DNA of 64,000 bases from Gemmatimonadota bacterium (GCA_040389905.1 JAZJZK010000013.1:1-64000), one strand, 5' to 3'. Shown: positions 49,706-60,378, counted from the first letter of the stretch. Program-made: numbers and translations. Notes: generated by a model from the letters alone, not told the origin.

Positions 49706-50404
49706 ATGAACCAGTATCAGCAGCGCCACATCGACGCACTTCGCCGCGTCGAATACCTCATCCACGACCGCGCAGAGCTACTCGGCACCATTGCGACCTC
49801 ACGCGCGAGTCTTCGACTCAGCACGGCCATTGTCCGTGTCGAGGAACTCGGCAGGGTGCAGGGCAGTGCAGACCGCTACCTCGCCGGCCAGCGGAGTCGC
49901 GAACTGGCGGCGACCATCGACCTCAAGGTCCAGCACATGCGCCCCATTTCGACCTTCGCGAAGGCCTGTCTCAACGGCGCGCCGGACTTTGCCGCACTCA
50001 CCCTTTCCACGCGCGAAGTCGTGGGGCCCCACCTCGTGCGGGCGGCGCGCACGATGGCGTCCGCTGCCCTTCCACATGCCGACGCACTCACGGACGGCGG
50101 CTTCCCGCCCGACACCATCGCACAACTCCGTGCCGCCGCGGATCAACTCGAGGCTGCGCTGCTCGCTCGCGCGAATACGAAGGTCGCGCGCGCAGCAGCA
50201 ACCCACGGCATTCAGCAGATCCTCAACTCCGCCGCCGAAGCGGTGTCGATTCTCCATGCGCTGGTCACGAGGCAATTTGCGAAGGACCCAACCTTTTTCG
50301 CCGTTTGGAATGCCGCTCGACGCATCCACGCGAAGCCTGGCGCGGTTCGCGCTGCGTCAGAGGCGGTTGCCCCACCGCACCTGTCGATATCGGAGGCAGC
50401 GTAA
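49706..50404 (+). CDS. Hypothetical, predicted all-alpha protein (232 aa)
   Basis: Ala/Leu/Arg-rich amphipathic pattern; no motif I recognise. Confidence 0.75.
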   Translation: MNQYQQRHIDALRRVEYLIHDRAELLGTIATSRASLRLSTAIVRVEELGRVQGSADRYLAGQRSRELAATIDLKVQHMRPISTFAKACLNGAPDFAALTLSTREVVGPHLVRAARTMASAALPHADALTDGGFPPDTIAQLRAAADQLEAALLARANTKVARAAATHGIQQILNSAAEAVSILHALVTRQFAKDPTFFAVWNAARRIHAKPGAVRAASEAVAPPHLSISEAA

Positions 50405-50419
50405 ACCAGGAAGCCCACC

Positions 50420-50519
50420 GAACGCGGATTGGGCGAATGGAGCGGATCCACTCAGGTTGAACGGCCCAATTCTGGTGTTCATCGGAAGTGATCCGCCTCA
50501 TCCGCTCAATCCGCGTTCA
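50420..50519. repeat. Palindromic repeat, family D
   Basis: gaacgcggattgggcg...cgctcaatccgcgttc inverted arms. Confidence 0.75.
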
Positions 50520-50592
50520 GGCAGTTGCAGTTTGAGAACAGCCCCGAGTGACCAGTCGAACCTTCGTTCCCGCCGTAGTGTATTATGCGCCC

Positions 50593-52605
50593 ATGTTTCG
50601 ACGACTCATCGCGCTCGCGTTCATCGCAGCACCCTTAGCGGCTCAGGCGCCGGTCGACACCGGCGAGCCCTGGCAGTTGGTCCCGCAACCGCAGTCGTCG
50701 CTCGTTCTCGCTCGCGATGGATCGTTCATTGGCGAGATCGGTCGCGAGTCGCGCACATCCATACAAATCCGAACGCTGCCGAGGTACGTCGGCCAGGCGT
50801 TCGTCGCCGTGGAAGACCATCGCTTCTATCAGCACGATGGCGTCGATCTCATTGGCGTGGCCGGCGCGATCAAGGGCAAGCTGCTCGAAGGCATCACCGG
50901 CAAGAATCGCGGTGGCGCGAGCACCATCACGCAGCTGCTCGTCGGCAACATGCACCCGGACAAGATCGACCGGCGCGACCTGAGCCCGATGCGCAAGTTC
51001 CGCGAGCAGCAGGCGGCGCGCGAGATGGAGAAGCACTACACCAAGGAGCAGATCCTCGAGGCCTTTCTCAACCAGATCAACTTCGGGCACGGGTGGTACG
51101 GTATCGAGTCGGCCGCCCGCCATTATTTCGGCAAGCCCGCCGCAAAGCTCTCGCTTGCCGAGGCGGCGACGCTCGCCGCGCTACCAAAATCCCCAGTCGG
51201 CTACGATCCCTCCCGCAACCCGGATAAGTCGAAGGGCCGCCGCGACCTCATCCTCGGCATGATGGCCAGCCAAGGCTTCATCACGGAGGCGGATGCCGCG
51301 CGCGCGCGCGCCGAGCCGGTCGTCACGGCGCCGAATGCCGGTGCGTCAGCGCCGTCAGGCTACTTCGTAGACGCCGCGAAGCAGGTCGCCGAGCGCGGCA
51401 ATATCAACGTCATGGGCGGCGGGTATCGCATCTATACCACCGCCGATCCGGCCTTGCAGCGCGCGGCCGTCGATGCGCTCGTCGAAGGCACCGTGAAAGT
51501 GGAGCAGCGTCCGGACTTCAAGCATCCCAGCTGGGCGTCGGCAAAGGGGGGCGGCGATCTGCTCGAGGGCGTCGTCGTTGCCATCGAGCCGTCCACCGGC
51601 GACGTCCGCGCGCTCATCGGGGGCCGAAACTACGCGATGGCGCCATTCAACCGCGCGACGCGCGCACTCCGGCAGCCGGGTAGCTCATTCAAGCCATTCA
51701 TCTATGCAAAGGCGCTCGAAGACAGCCTCTCGGCCGCGACAATCGTTCCCGACACGGCGCTTCGCATCGAACTCGAGAACGGCAAGATCTACAGCCCGGA
51801 CAATTCGGACAACAAGTTCCTCGGCAACATCACGCTGCGCGAAGCGCTGACCCACTCTCGCAATCCTGTCGCCGTGCAGTTGGCGCTGCGTATCGGACTC
51901 GATTCCATGGCGGCGATGGGCGAGCGCGTCGGGTTGGATCGCCCCATCGCCGCAGTTCCCGCCAGTGCGCTCGGGGCATCCGTCGTGACCCCACTCGACT
52001 ACGTGGCCGCATACGCCGTCTGGGCAAACCTCGGTAGTGTCGTCGATCCGCGTATCGTGACGCGCATCGAGGATGCAAATGGCCGCGTCGTCTTTCAGCA
52101 GGCGCCCTCCATTCCGCGCGAAGTCATCGATCCGCGTATCGCATTCATCGTCCGCGACATGATGCGCGACGCCGCAGAGCGTGGCACCGGCGCGCCGGCG
52201 CGCAAAGCGGTGCCCTCGTCGATTCCCATCGCCGGCAAGACAGGCACGACCAACGACAATGTCGACGTCTGGTTCATGGGCATGACGCCCGACCTGGTCG
52301 CCGGTGTGTGGCTCGGCTTCGACCGGCCGAAGACCATCACGCCTGGCGCAGCGGGCGGCTCACTCGCTGCGCCGATCTGGGCTGCGATGATGACGCACTA
52401 CTACGCGGGCCGCTCCGCGCCGCCGATGTGGACACCACCGCCAGGCCTCGTGACGGCAGAACTCGATCGCGCAACAGGATTGCTTGCGGATGCGATGACT
52501 CCGCAGGAGCGCCGGTACACTGAGTACTTCATGCCAGGAACAGAGCCCGAGCCGCTGCGGAGCATTCCATGGAAAGCGGCCGCATTCGGCGCAGTCATTC
52601 CTTAG
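50593..52605 (+). CDS. Class A penicillin-binding protein (PBP1A family)
   Basis: EDHRFYQH.GVD, GASTITQ, RKFRE; RQPGSSFK (SxxK), SRN, KTG. Confidence 0.92.
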   Translation: MFRRLIALAFIAAPLAAQAPVDTGEPWQLVPQPQSSLVLARDGSFIGEIGRESRTSIQIRTLPRYVGQAFVAVEDHRFYQHDGVDLIGVAGAIKGKLLEGITGKNRGGASTITQLLVGNMHPDKIDRRDLSPMRKFREQQAAREMEKHYTKEQILEAFLNQINFGHGWYGIESAARHYFGKPAAKLSLAEAATLAALPKSPVGYDPSRNPDKSKGRRDLILGMMASQGFITEADAARARAEPVVTAPNAGASAPSGYFVDAAKQVAERGNINVMGGGYRIYTTADPALQRAAVDALVEGTVKVEQRPDFKHPSWASAKGGGDLLEGVVVAIEPSTGDVRALIGGRNYAMAPFNRATRALRQPGSSFKPFIYAKALEDSLSAATIVPDTALRIELENGKIYSPDNSDNKFLGNITLREALTHSRNPVAVQLALRIGLDSMAAMGERVGLDRPIAAVPASALGASVVTPLDYVAAYAVWANLGSVVDPRIVTRIEDANGRVVFQQAPSIPREVIDPRIAFIVRDMMRDAAERGTGAPARKAVPSSIPIAGKTGTTNDNVDVWFMGMTPDLVAGVWLGFDRPKTITPGAAGGSLAAPIWAAMMTHYYAGRSAPPMWTPPPGLVTAELDRATGLLADAMTPQERRYTEYFMPGTEPEPLRSIPWKAAAFGAVIP

Positions 52606-52880
52606 TCCCTGGCTCGGGAGCGGGCTGACAAGCTGATAACTGGGGATGGGGGAGGGGGCTCGTACCCGAGCCAACTGCGGGCTTGGCCGCGGGCCTAGGC
52701 TGCGGCAGGGGCTGGGGCTTGCCTGCAGGCGTGGGCCGGGGCTTCGGCGAGGGCTGGTGGCTGACCTCTGAGGCTTGAGCCCCTGCCCCCAGCCCTCAGC
52801 CTGCTGGTAGGCCCCGGCCCGGGCCGTAGCCCCAGCCCGCGGCCAAGCCGGCGGTTGGCCCGAGCCCAACCCCGCGCCAC
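52606..52880. repeat. Palindromic intergenic repeat, family A
   Basis: Inverted end motifs gagccaactgcgggct ... agccggcggttggccc; CCTGCAGG core. Confidence 0.75.
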
Positions 52881-52972
52881 CATCCCTAGTAATCCGCTAG
52901 TCGGTCTTTCTGTTATCCCAACCAATTCCAGCATCCGTTTGTCCAAAATCGCACCACCAGACAGGATGCTGA

Positions 52973-55525
52973 ATGTTCAACACACTCGTCGGCCTCGTTG
53001 CCGCCGCCCTCGCGCTGCCCCAACAGGCTCCTTCCACCGACACGCGCACGGCGCCTCCCATCGCATCGGCGGTTCGTGCGGCGTCCGCTCCTGAAATAGA
53101 CGGACGCGACAATGACGCGACCTGGCAGAACGCCCCGAAAGTCTCGGAATTCCGTCAATTCGATCCGAAGATCGATGCCGACCCCTCGTTTCGGACCGAA
53201 TTCCGGGCGGCATACGACGAGAAGAATCTCTACTTCTTCGTCCGGATGTTCGATCCGCATCCAGACAGCATCATGCACGCCCTGTCTCGCCGAGACGTTC
53301 GCGGGCCGTCGGACCAGATCAAGCTTCTGATCGACTCGTACGACGACAAACGCAGCGGGTATGAATTCGCAGTGAATCCCGACGGCGTGAAGCGCGACTA
53401 TGTCATGACGAACGACACGAACGAAGACGGATCGTGGAATGGCATCTGGGATGTGGCCACGCGCGTCGATTCGCTTGGTTGGACGGCAGAATTCCGAATC
53501 CCGCTTTCGCAGCTTCGCTATCAGAAGGGCGCAGCGAACACCTTCGGCTTTGGCGTGTGGCGCGACATCGAGCGCTCGAAGGAGCGGGCATCCTGGCCGT
53601 TGTACTCGCCGACGCGCAATGGATTGGTCTCGCAGCTGGGACGACTCACCGGCGTTGAAGGGCTGTCGAGCGATCAACGAATGGAAGCCACGCCGTACGT
53701 CGTCACGAGAAACGTCCAGCGTGCACCAGTGGGGAACGCGCGGTACACCCGCGACCAGGAGGTGACGCTCGGCGGAGACCTCAAGCTCGGCATCACGCCG
53801 AACGTGACGCTCGACGCCACCGTCAATCCGGACTTCGGGCAAGTCGAAGCCGATCCAGCGGTCGTCAATCTCACTGCGTTCGAGACGTTCTTCTCCGAGC
53901 GACGGCCGTTCTTCGTCGAGGGCACGGGACTGTATCAGTTCGCCCTGAACTGCTATATCGTCGTCGACTGCAGCACGAACGAAGGGCTGTTCTACTCACG
54001 CCGCATTGGACGCTCACCGGCCCTACGCGGTCTGTATGGCGACGGGACGACGGCCACGTCGACACCGATTGCCTTTGCGACGAAGCTCACCGGCCGAAGC
54101 CGGAGTGGATTGTCATTCGGTGTCCTCGACGCACTGACGCAGGATGTCCACGGACTAGGCGACAAGACGGTCGAGCCGCGTACGAACTACAGCGTGTTGC
54201 GCGCACAGCAGGATCTGCGCGGTGGCGAGGCTGGGGTGAGCGTGATCGCCACCGCCGTGAATCGTTCGCTCGATGACCTCACGTCTCCGTACATGCACCG
54301 GAGCGCGTACGCCACGGGCGCGACCGCCCGCAACCGGTTCGGTGGCGGGCGCTATGAAGTGGCCGCGCAGTTCGCGGGTTCGTACGTCGAAGGCACGCAG
54401 GCGATGATGCTGCGGACGCAGCAGAGCTCCGTCCACTACTTCCAGCAGCCCGGAGACGATGCGCGCGTCGATTCCACCATGACGTCACTGTCGGGCCACG
54501 CCGAGCAACTCAAGTTCGGCAAGTACGGCGGCGGTATCACGCGCTTCGAGACGAGCCTCGTGCGACAGTCCTCGGGCTTCGAAGTCAACGATATCGGGTT
54601 CCTGCGTCGTGCCGACTTGCTCGATTGGAGCACCTGGGCGGCGCTCAGCTTTCGCGAAGCGCGCGGCATCTACCGGTGGGCGCAGGTCAACGGCAATCAC
54701 TGGGAAACCTGGAACACCTCTGGCACCCGTCTCGAGAACGCGTTGAACTTCAACGGGCACATGGGACTGAACAACAACTGGGACGTACACCTCGGTAGCA
54801 CGTTCAGTCGGCTGACCCCCAGCTATTGCGACCGGTGCACCCGCGGAGGTCCGATTCTCCGGCAGTCGCGCGCGATCTATCCATGGGGAGGAGTGAACAC
54901 GGACAGCCGGCGTGTCGTCTCGGGCGGTATGTGGGTGAACCTGGGCTACAGCGACGAAGGGAACTCGGACAACTGGTCGCTCAGTCCGTACGTCAACTTC
55001 CGCGTCTCGCCGAGAATGCAGTTGAACATCGGCAGCGGCTTTTCGCGCAACAACAACGACACACAATGGCTCGGCAATTTCACCGATGCCGCTGGGGTCA
55101 CCCACTATAGCTTCGCGCATCTGAATCAGCGCACCGTGTCGATGAGCACTCGCCTCAACTACACGATCACGCCAGATCTCACACTCGAGTTCTACGGCGA
55201 GCCCTTCGCAACGACGGGCGAATACTCGAAGGTGCGCGAGATCAGCTCAACGCCGAGCGCCGCCGAGTACAACAGCCGCTTCAAGGCGTACGCGCCGCCA
55301 GCGTCAACCTCGCTGAGCTTCAAGGTCACGCAACTCCGGAGCAATTCGGTTGTGCGCTGGGAGTACCGGCCCGGTTCGACGCTGTTCCTCGTTTGGGCGC
55401 ACGGCCGCGACGGATCGGTGAATCAGAACATGAATTTGTCATGGTCGCAGGACTATCGCGATCTCTTTGCGCTGCACCCGGATAACACATTCCTCATCAA
55501 GCTGGCGTACTGGCTGAATCGATAA
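52973..55525 (+). CDS. DUF5916-type outer-membrane protein with an N-terminal CBM9/DOMON-like domain
   Basis: PEIDG...W, YDEKNLY, GWTAEFRIP, TVNPDFGQVEAD, ERRPFFVEG, LFYSRRIG; aromatic C-terminal strand. Confidence 0.85.
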   Translation: MFNTLVGLVAAALALPQQAPSTDTRTAPPIASAVRAASAPEIDGRDNDATWQNAPKVSEFRQFDPKIDADPSFRTEFRAAYDEKNLYFFVRMFDPHPDSIMHALSRRDVRGPSDQIKLLIDSYDDKRSGYEFAVNPDGVKRDYVMTNDTNEDGSWNGIWDVATRVDSLGWTAEFRIPLSQLRYQKGAANTFGFGVWRDIERSKERASWPLYSPTRNGLVSQLGRLTGVEGLSSDQRMEATPYVVTRNVQRAPVGNARYTRDQEVTLGGDLKLGITPNVTLDATVNPDFGQVEADPAVVNLTAFETFFSERRPFFVEGTGLYQFALNCYIVVDCSTNEGLFYSRRIGRSPALRGLYGDGTTATSTPIAFATKLTGRSRSGLSFGVLDALTQDVHGLGDKTVEPRTNYSVLRAQQDLRGGEAGVSVIATAVNRSLDDLTSPYMHRSAYATGATARNRFGGGRYEVAAQFAGSYVEGTQAMMLRTQQSSVHYFQQPGDDARVDSTMTSLSGHAEQLKFGKYGGGITRFETSLVRQSSGFEVNDIGFLRRADLLDWSTWAALSFREARGIYRWAQVNGNHWETWNTSGTRLENALNFNGHMGLNNNWDVHLGSTFSRLTPSYCDRCTRGGPILRQSRAIYPWGGVNTDSRRVVSGGMWVNLGYSDEGNSDNWSLSPYVNFRVSPRMQLNIGSGFSRNNNDTQWLGNFTDAAGVTHYSFAHLNQRTVSMSTRLNYTITPDLTLEFYGEPFATTGEYSKVREISSTPSAAEYNSRFKAYAPPASTSLSFKVTQLRSNSVVRWEYRPGSTLFLVWAHGRDGSVNQNMNLSWSQDYRDLFALHPDNTFLIKLAYWLNR

Positions 55526-55539
55526 CTACGGCGTACGAG

Positions 55540-55803
55540 ACGTACGAAGTACTCGGACTTGCGTACCCGGACTGGCATAAGTCCTAAGAAGAGCCATCAG
55601 AAAGCGGCGTCACGGATAACGCCATTCGCAACCCCAGGGAACGGCGTTCGGCGTCGGGTCGATGCGAGCGAACGTGTCGATGGCTCCTCTTGGCTTGGAT
55701 GCCAGTCCGGGTACATGGTTCCGGGTACCTCGTACGTCAGTGGTTGTACCGAGTACCGAGTACGTACGTTGGCCCGAGCCCGGCGCGAGCCCGGCCCGAG
55801 CCC
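55540..55803. repeat. Long GTAC-rich inverted repeat (family E) followed by a family A fragment
   Basis: gtacccggactggcat (55563-55578) pairs perfectly with atgccagtccgggtac (55699-55714); further pairing on both sides. Confidence 0.7.
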
Positions 55804-55813
55804 ACATAATGCA

Positions 55814-55855
55814 CAACACCCCGTCCGGAAAACCGGACGGGGTGTTGCATTTTTT
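55814..55855 (+). terminator. Intrinsic terminator
   Basis: 15-bp stem caacaccccgtccgg / ccggacggggtgttg, AAAA loop, T-run. Confidence 0.85.
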
Positions 55856-55907
55856 CGAGAGGACTAGTTCAGCTCGTCAGTGACGACCAGCCAGTCCGAC
55901 TCGCCGT

Positions 55908-56120
55908 TTAGCGGCCGAGCTTGACGACGTTCTCAGCGGCCGGGCCCTTTGCGCCCTGGACCACGTCGAACTCCACAGCCTCACCCTCTGCGAGGGACTT
56001 GAAGCCATGACCCTGGATGGCGGAGTGATGCACGAAGCAATCCTTTTCGCCGTTCGCGGGGGTGATGAAGCCAAAGCCCTTCGTGTCGTTGAACCACTTC
56101 ACGGTGCCGGTCGTACGCAT
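55908..56120 (-). CDS. Cold-shock protein (CspA family)
   Basis: [39 protein letters not shown] upstream. Confidence 0.95.
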   Translation of the reverse strand: MRTTGTVKWFNDTKGFGFITPANGEKDCFVHHSAIQGHGFKSLAEGEAVEFDVVQGAKGPAAENVVKLGR

Positions 56121-56439
56121 AGCTGAACTCCTCAATGATGTTTGTGGCCGGCGTCCGATTTTCTATCGGAACAACCAGTCACATGTTGAACGTGAACGGA
56201 ACCTTCACGCGGAGGCCCACCCTACAGGTACGGAACTGTACCGCACAAGCAGCGACACGGGTGAAAAAAAAGGGACCCGCGAGAAGCAGGCCCCAAATCC
56301 GTCGGAACAAGTCCCCGGCCGAAGCACGGGGTGCATCGCTGAAACGAATAGTAGCACATGCAGGCAATCGGGGCAATAGTGAATTCAGGCGCATCATCAG
56401 GGTCGCCAGAATCTCGCTCAGCACGCGCGGTTGGTCCCG

Positions 56440-59400
56440 CTAATCAGGTGGAAGCAGCTCCGCGGAATGACGACGATCGTCCCTGCGGAGTCCAGCTGCA
56501 ATGTGGGATCCCAGCAACTCCACGAAGCCGGGCCTCAACACACTGAGATGCTGCCCCGGAATCGTGTGCAAATCAACGCGGCCGCTGGTGTGCGACCGCC
56601 ACGAGAACCGCGGATCGAATGCCCGGCGTTCGCCCACCCTTCCAATCGTATCCCTCGCCGCGACGATCATCACTGGTACGCTCAATTCGCGGGGCACGAA
56701 CTCTCGCATGACCCGCAGATTTTCCGTCTCTGCGCCCGGAGTAAAAAACTCGACGTGCTCAGGGCGCGAGACGAGGCCCAGACGAACTCCCATCGCCCTG
56801 ACAAACAGCCCGACCGCAGCACTTCGCCTCGTCACGATCGTGTTCAGCGCGCGCAGCAGTTGCCCTGCCACTGCCTGCACTCGTGAAAGACGAAACGTCG
56901 GGTCATACGCGTTGATGACGCACACCAGCGAAACGCTCTCGCCCGCTTCTGTCAGTTGATGGGCCGCCTCCCACGCAACGGTGCCACCGGTACAAAGTCC
57001 GGCGAGTGCGTATGGCCCACTCGGTTGCACGTGCCGCATCGATCTGACGAGGGCGGCCGCGCGCTCCTCGCACGACAGCGGATTGAAGCCGTTCGCGTCG
57101 AGCAGGTATTCCACGCCGTACACGGCCGCAGTCCCGGCGAGCGCCCGCGCCAAATCGCGGCATCCGTCCGCGCTCACCGCCAGGCCAGCGGGAATGACGA
57201 ACAGCGGTGTGCTTTCACGATCCTCGCTGAGCCCGACCAGGTGCGCACCGCCCTTCGCGAGCGCCGGCGTGCTGCTGGCGCGCTCGACGCGCTCAGACAG
57301 CGCTCGGATCGTGGGGTACGAGTACACCTCGTTCATCGGCAGCCGAATGCCAAACGCCGTCTGGACATCGCGAAGTAGACGCACAGCGAGCAGCGAATAT
57401 CCGCCCGACTCGAAGAAGTCATCGTCGATGCCGGCATCGGGGCGCGACAGAAGCACGCGCCAGATCGACGCGAGCCTGCGTTGGGTCTCCGTTTCCGGTG
57501 GCGCAGCCTTGTGCACCCTCGTGTCCGCCCGCCGCGCGGTCGCCAGCAACGAGCGATCCACCTTGCCATTCGGCGCGAGCGGGAAGTGCTGGAGCTCGAT
57601 GATCTCGCTCGGGATCATGTAGTCGGGCAGCATCTGGCGAAGCCGTGCGCGCCACAGAACGCTCGCACGGCGCGACTCACCGCGCCGAAGCACATAGGCC
57701 ACAATTGCCGTAACGCCGTCCGCCGACTCCACTGGCAGAACGGCAGCACCAGCCACGTCGTCGAGCGACGCGACGGCAGTCTCGACTTCCCCCAACTCGA
57801 TCCGAAAGCCCCGGATCTTGACCTGCCGGTCCGCACGGCCGCGGTACTGGAGCATTCCGTCTGCGCGCCACGAACCGAGATCGCCGGTGCGGTACATGCG
57901 TGACGATTCGTCTGCGGCAAAGGGGTCGCGGACGAATTGCCGCGCCGTCAGTTCGTCCCGGTTGCGGTAGCCGACGCCGACGCCATCGCCCGCGATACAG
58001 ATTTCACCCGGCACTCCAACCGGAGACATACGACCGTCGTCATCCAGCACATAGATACGAGTGTTGGCAATGGGACGACCGATGGGAACAGAGTCCTCTG
58101 TACCGACGACGTCGTGAACTGCAGACCAGATTGTCGTTTCCGTGGGCCCATACAGATTGAAGAGACGCCGCACGCGTGGGCGCAACGCGCGCATCAGATG
58201 CCTGCTCATCGTTTCGCCACCGCACAGGGCCGTCAGTGCCGTCGATCCCTCCCAACCGGCATCGAGGAGCATCTGCCATGTGACCGGAGTCGCCTGGAAA
58301 TACGTCGCACCGCTGTCATCGAGCAGCGCGCGCAAACGCACACCATCCGCTGCGTCCTCCTCGCCGGCAAGCACCACGCGGCCGCCGGCAACCAGCGGAA
58401 GAAAAAGCTCGAGAGCCGAGATGTCGAAGGAGAATGTCGTGACAGCGACGAGCGAATCACTCGTCGTGAAGTCCAGTTCTCTGCGCATCGCGGCAAGGAA
58501 GCTCGCGAGATTTCGGCGGGTGATCTCCACACCTTTCGGCTCACCCGTGGAGCCCGACGTGTAGAGCACGTAAGCGATGCCAGATCCACCGCCTGCGGTC
58601 TCGAATCGCGTCTGACCAGGCTGTGCCAGCGATTCGATGGCCGGAACCTCGGTCAACAGACACGTGCGAATGTCATGCGCTACGCCGGTGTCGCCCCCAT
58701 CGGTAACGAGCAGCGAGACGCCTGCATCGCGCGTCATGTACGAAATCCGCGCCGCTGGGAATGCCCGATCGAGCGGAACATAGCTCGCTCCCAACCGTGT
58801 GACCGCCAGCATCGACGCGATGAGGTCCACCGATCGTCCCAGTTGCAGCCCAATCATACTTCCCTTTACGACGCCCCTGCTTGCGAGCATCTCCGCGATA
58901 CCTTCGGCGCGGTCGTGGAGTTCTCGATAGGTCATGTCCACCCGGCCGCACGTCACGGCGATGGCGTCTGGCCGCTCCGCGACGCGCCGGCGGAAGTGCT
59001 CGTCTACGGAGACGTCGCGCTCATATTCCAGAACCCCCCCACTCGACATGCGGAGTTGGTCTTCGTGCTCGGCACTCGACATGCGCGGAAGGGAACCAAC
59101 GCTTCGAGTCGGGTCGTCGAGCATGGCCTCAGTTACCGTGACGATCTGATCGAGGACGTGCTGCGCACCGCGTTCGGAGATCGCCGAGCAATCGTACTCG
59201 ACCTTGAAGAACAGCGGGTCGTCGTCATACCCGATTATTGTCAGCGGATAGCCATTCCGCTCGAGCGCGAGGAAACGCCAGTCCGCGAGCAGCTCGTGCG
59301 CGCCTCGCAGCGACGCCTCGTAGCTCTGGCGGTCCGCCTGGACGAGGCTGCGCAACTGATCCGTTGCACGTCCACCCGTGGCATGTTCGACGACGTCGTC

Positions 59401-60378
59401 GAGAGCCACGTGGTCGTGATCGCGCCCGGCGAGCCAGTTGGCGCGGACCGTGCGCAGTAGCTCTAGCGCATGCACCTCGCTGTTGATCTTGACGCGAACG
59501 GGGACAGTCGCGAGGTAAAGGCCGACACAATCGCCTGCTCCGGGCATCCCGCGTCGCCGCGTCGTTTTCGTTCCTGCGAAGGCGACGTCATCGCTGCCCG
59601 CGTGTCTCGCTACGACGATTGCCCACGCGGCAATGAGTAGCGCGTTGAGCGTGATGTCATCGCTCTCCTGCAAGTGTCGCAACGCCAACGTTGCCTTGCG
59701 CGTCAGTGTCGCGGTGACCTTTCCACTGGCTGGATAGGACGTGTGGCGATCGACCGGCGTGCACAGCGGCGCCGAAGTCGGGCCGGCCAAACCTTCGAGA
59801 ACCATCTGCCAGTACAGTCGTGACGGATTTCGGTCGACGGCCTGCGACCACACGGCGTAGTCCATGAACGTCGGAGCGCCAAGTCGTGGCCGTGGCACCT
59901 CGGAACCTGCGTGCGCAGTGCCGAGATCCCTCAGGACGATCGCGTACGACCGTCCGTCCATCAGCACGTGATGGAAGCTCCACACCATCGTGCGTCGCTC
60001 TGCTGGCCGCCGTACGAGTGCGACGCGCCACAGAGGAGGCGCGTCGAGCGCAAAGCCGCGCGCGCGGTCGCGGAAGAGCAGGTCGCCAAAAGCTTTCTCC
60101 GCGTCGCCGACCGTGAGCGCCGAGAAATCGACGGTCGTGAAGTCGACGCAGGGCTCATCATCGATGACGAGACTGGACTCCTCGGCGTCGTCGGTAACGA
60201 TTCGTGCGCGAAGCATCGGATGTGCGCGCGCGACCTCGGCCCATGCGTCGCGCAACCGCGCCACGTCGAACTCGTGTGGCAGCTCCGCGAGAACCTGCTG
60301 AATATTGATCCCTGAATGCGGAGCGGCGGCATGCTGCAACAGCATGCCGCCCTGTACTGCCGTCAACGGAATGGTCAG
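56440..60378 (-). CDS. Single-module NRPS C-A-T-TE, glycine-specific A domain
   Basis: HHVLMDG; YTSGSTGEPKG, YGPTE, YRTGD, QVKIRGFRIELGE, NGKVDR; FFESGGYSL; GLCTGG; start codon unclear. Confidence 0.9.
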   Translation of the reverse strand: MTIPLTAVQGGMLLQHAAAPHSGINIQQVLAELPHEFDVARLRDAWAEVARAHPMLRARIVTDDAEESSLVIDDEPCVDFTTVDFSALTVGDAEKAFGDLLFRDRARGFALDAPPLWRVALVRRPAERRTMVWSFHHVLMDGRSYAIVLRDLGTAHAGSEVPRPRLGAPTFMDYAVWSQAVDRNPSRLYWQMVLEGLAGPTSAPLCTPVDRHTSYPASGKVTATLTRKATLALRHLQESDDITLNALLIAAWAIVVARHAGSDDVAFAGTKTTRRRGMPGAGDCVGLYLATVPVRVKINSEVHALELLRTVRANWLAGRDHDHVALDDVVEHATGGRATDQLRSLVQADRQSYEASLRGAHELLADWRFLALERNGYPLTIIGYDDDPLFFKVEYDCSAISERGAQHVLDQIVTVTEAMLDDPTRSVGSLPRMSSAEHEDQLRMSSGGVLEYERDVSVDEHFRRRVAERPDAIAVTCGRVDMTYRELHDRAEGIAEMLASRGVVKGSMIGLQLGRSVDLIASMLAVTRLGASYVPLDRAFPAARISYMTRDAGVSLLVTDGGDTGVAHDIRTCLLTEVPAIESLAQPGQTRFETAGGGSGIAYVLYTSGSTGEPKGVEITRRNLASFLAAMRRELDFTTSDSLVAVTTFSFDISALELFLPLVAGGRVVLAGEEDAADGVRLRALLDDSGATYFQATPVTWQMLLDAGWEGSTALTALCGGETMSRHLMRALRPRVRRLFNLYGPTETTIWSAVHDVVGTEDSVPIGRPIANTRIYVLDDDGRMSPVGVPGEICIAGDGVGVGYRNRDELTARQFVRDPFAADESSRMYRTGDLGSWRADGMLQYRGRADRQVKIRGFRIELGEVETAVASLDDVAGAAVLPVESADGVTAIVAYVLRRGESRRASVLWRARLRQMLPDYMIPSEIIELQHFPLAPNGKVDRSLLATARRADTRVHKAAPPETETQRRLASIWRVLLSRPDAGIDDDFFESGGYSLLAVRLLRDVQTAFGIRLPMNEVYSYPTIRALSERVERASSTPALAKGGAHLVGLSEDRESTPLFVIPAGLAVSADGCRDLARALAGTAAVYGVEYLLDANGFNPLSCEERAAALVRSMRHVQPSGPYALAGLCTGGTVAWEAAHQLTEAGESVSLVCVINAYDPTFRLSRVQAVAGQLLRALNTIVTRRSAAVGLFVRAMGVRLGLVSRPEHVEFFTPGAETENLRVMREFVPRELSVPVMIVAARDTIGRVGERRAFDPRFSWRSHTSGRVDLHTIPGQHLSVLRPGFVELLGSHIAAGLRRDDRRHSAELLPPD

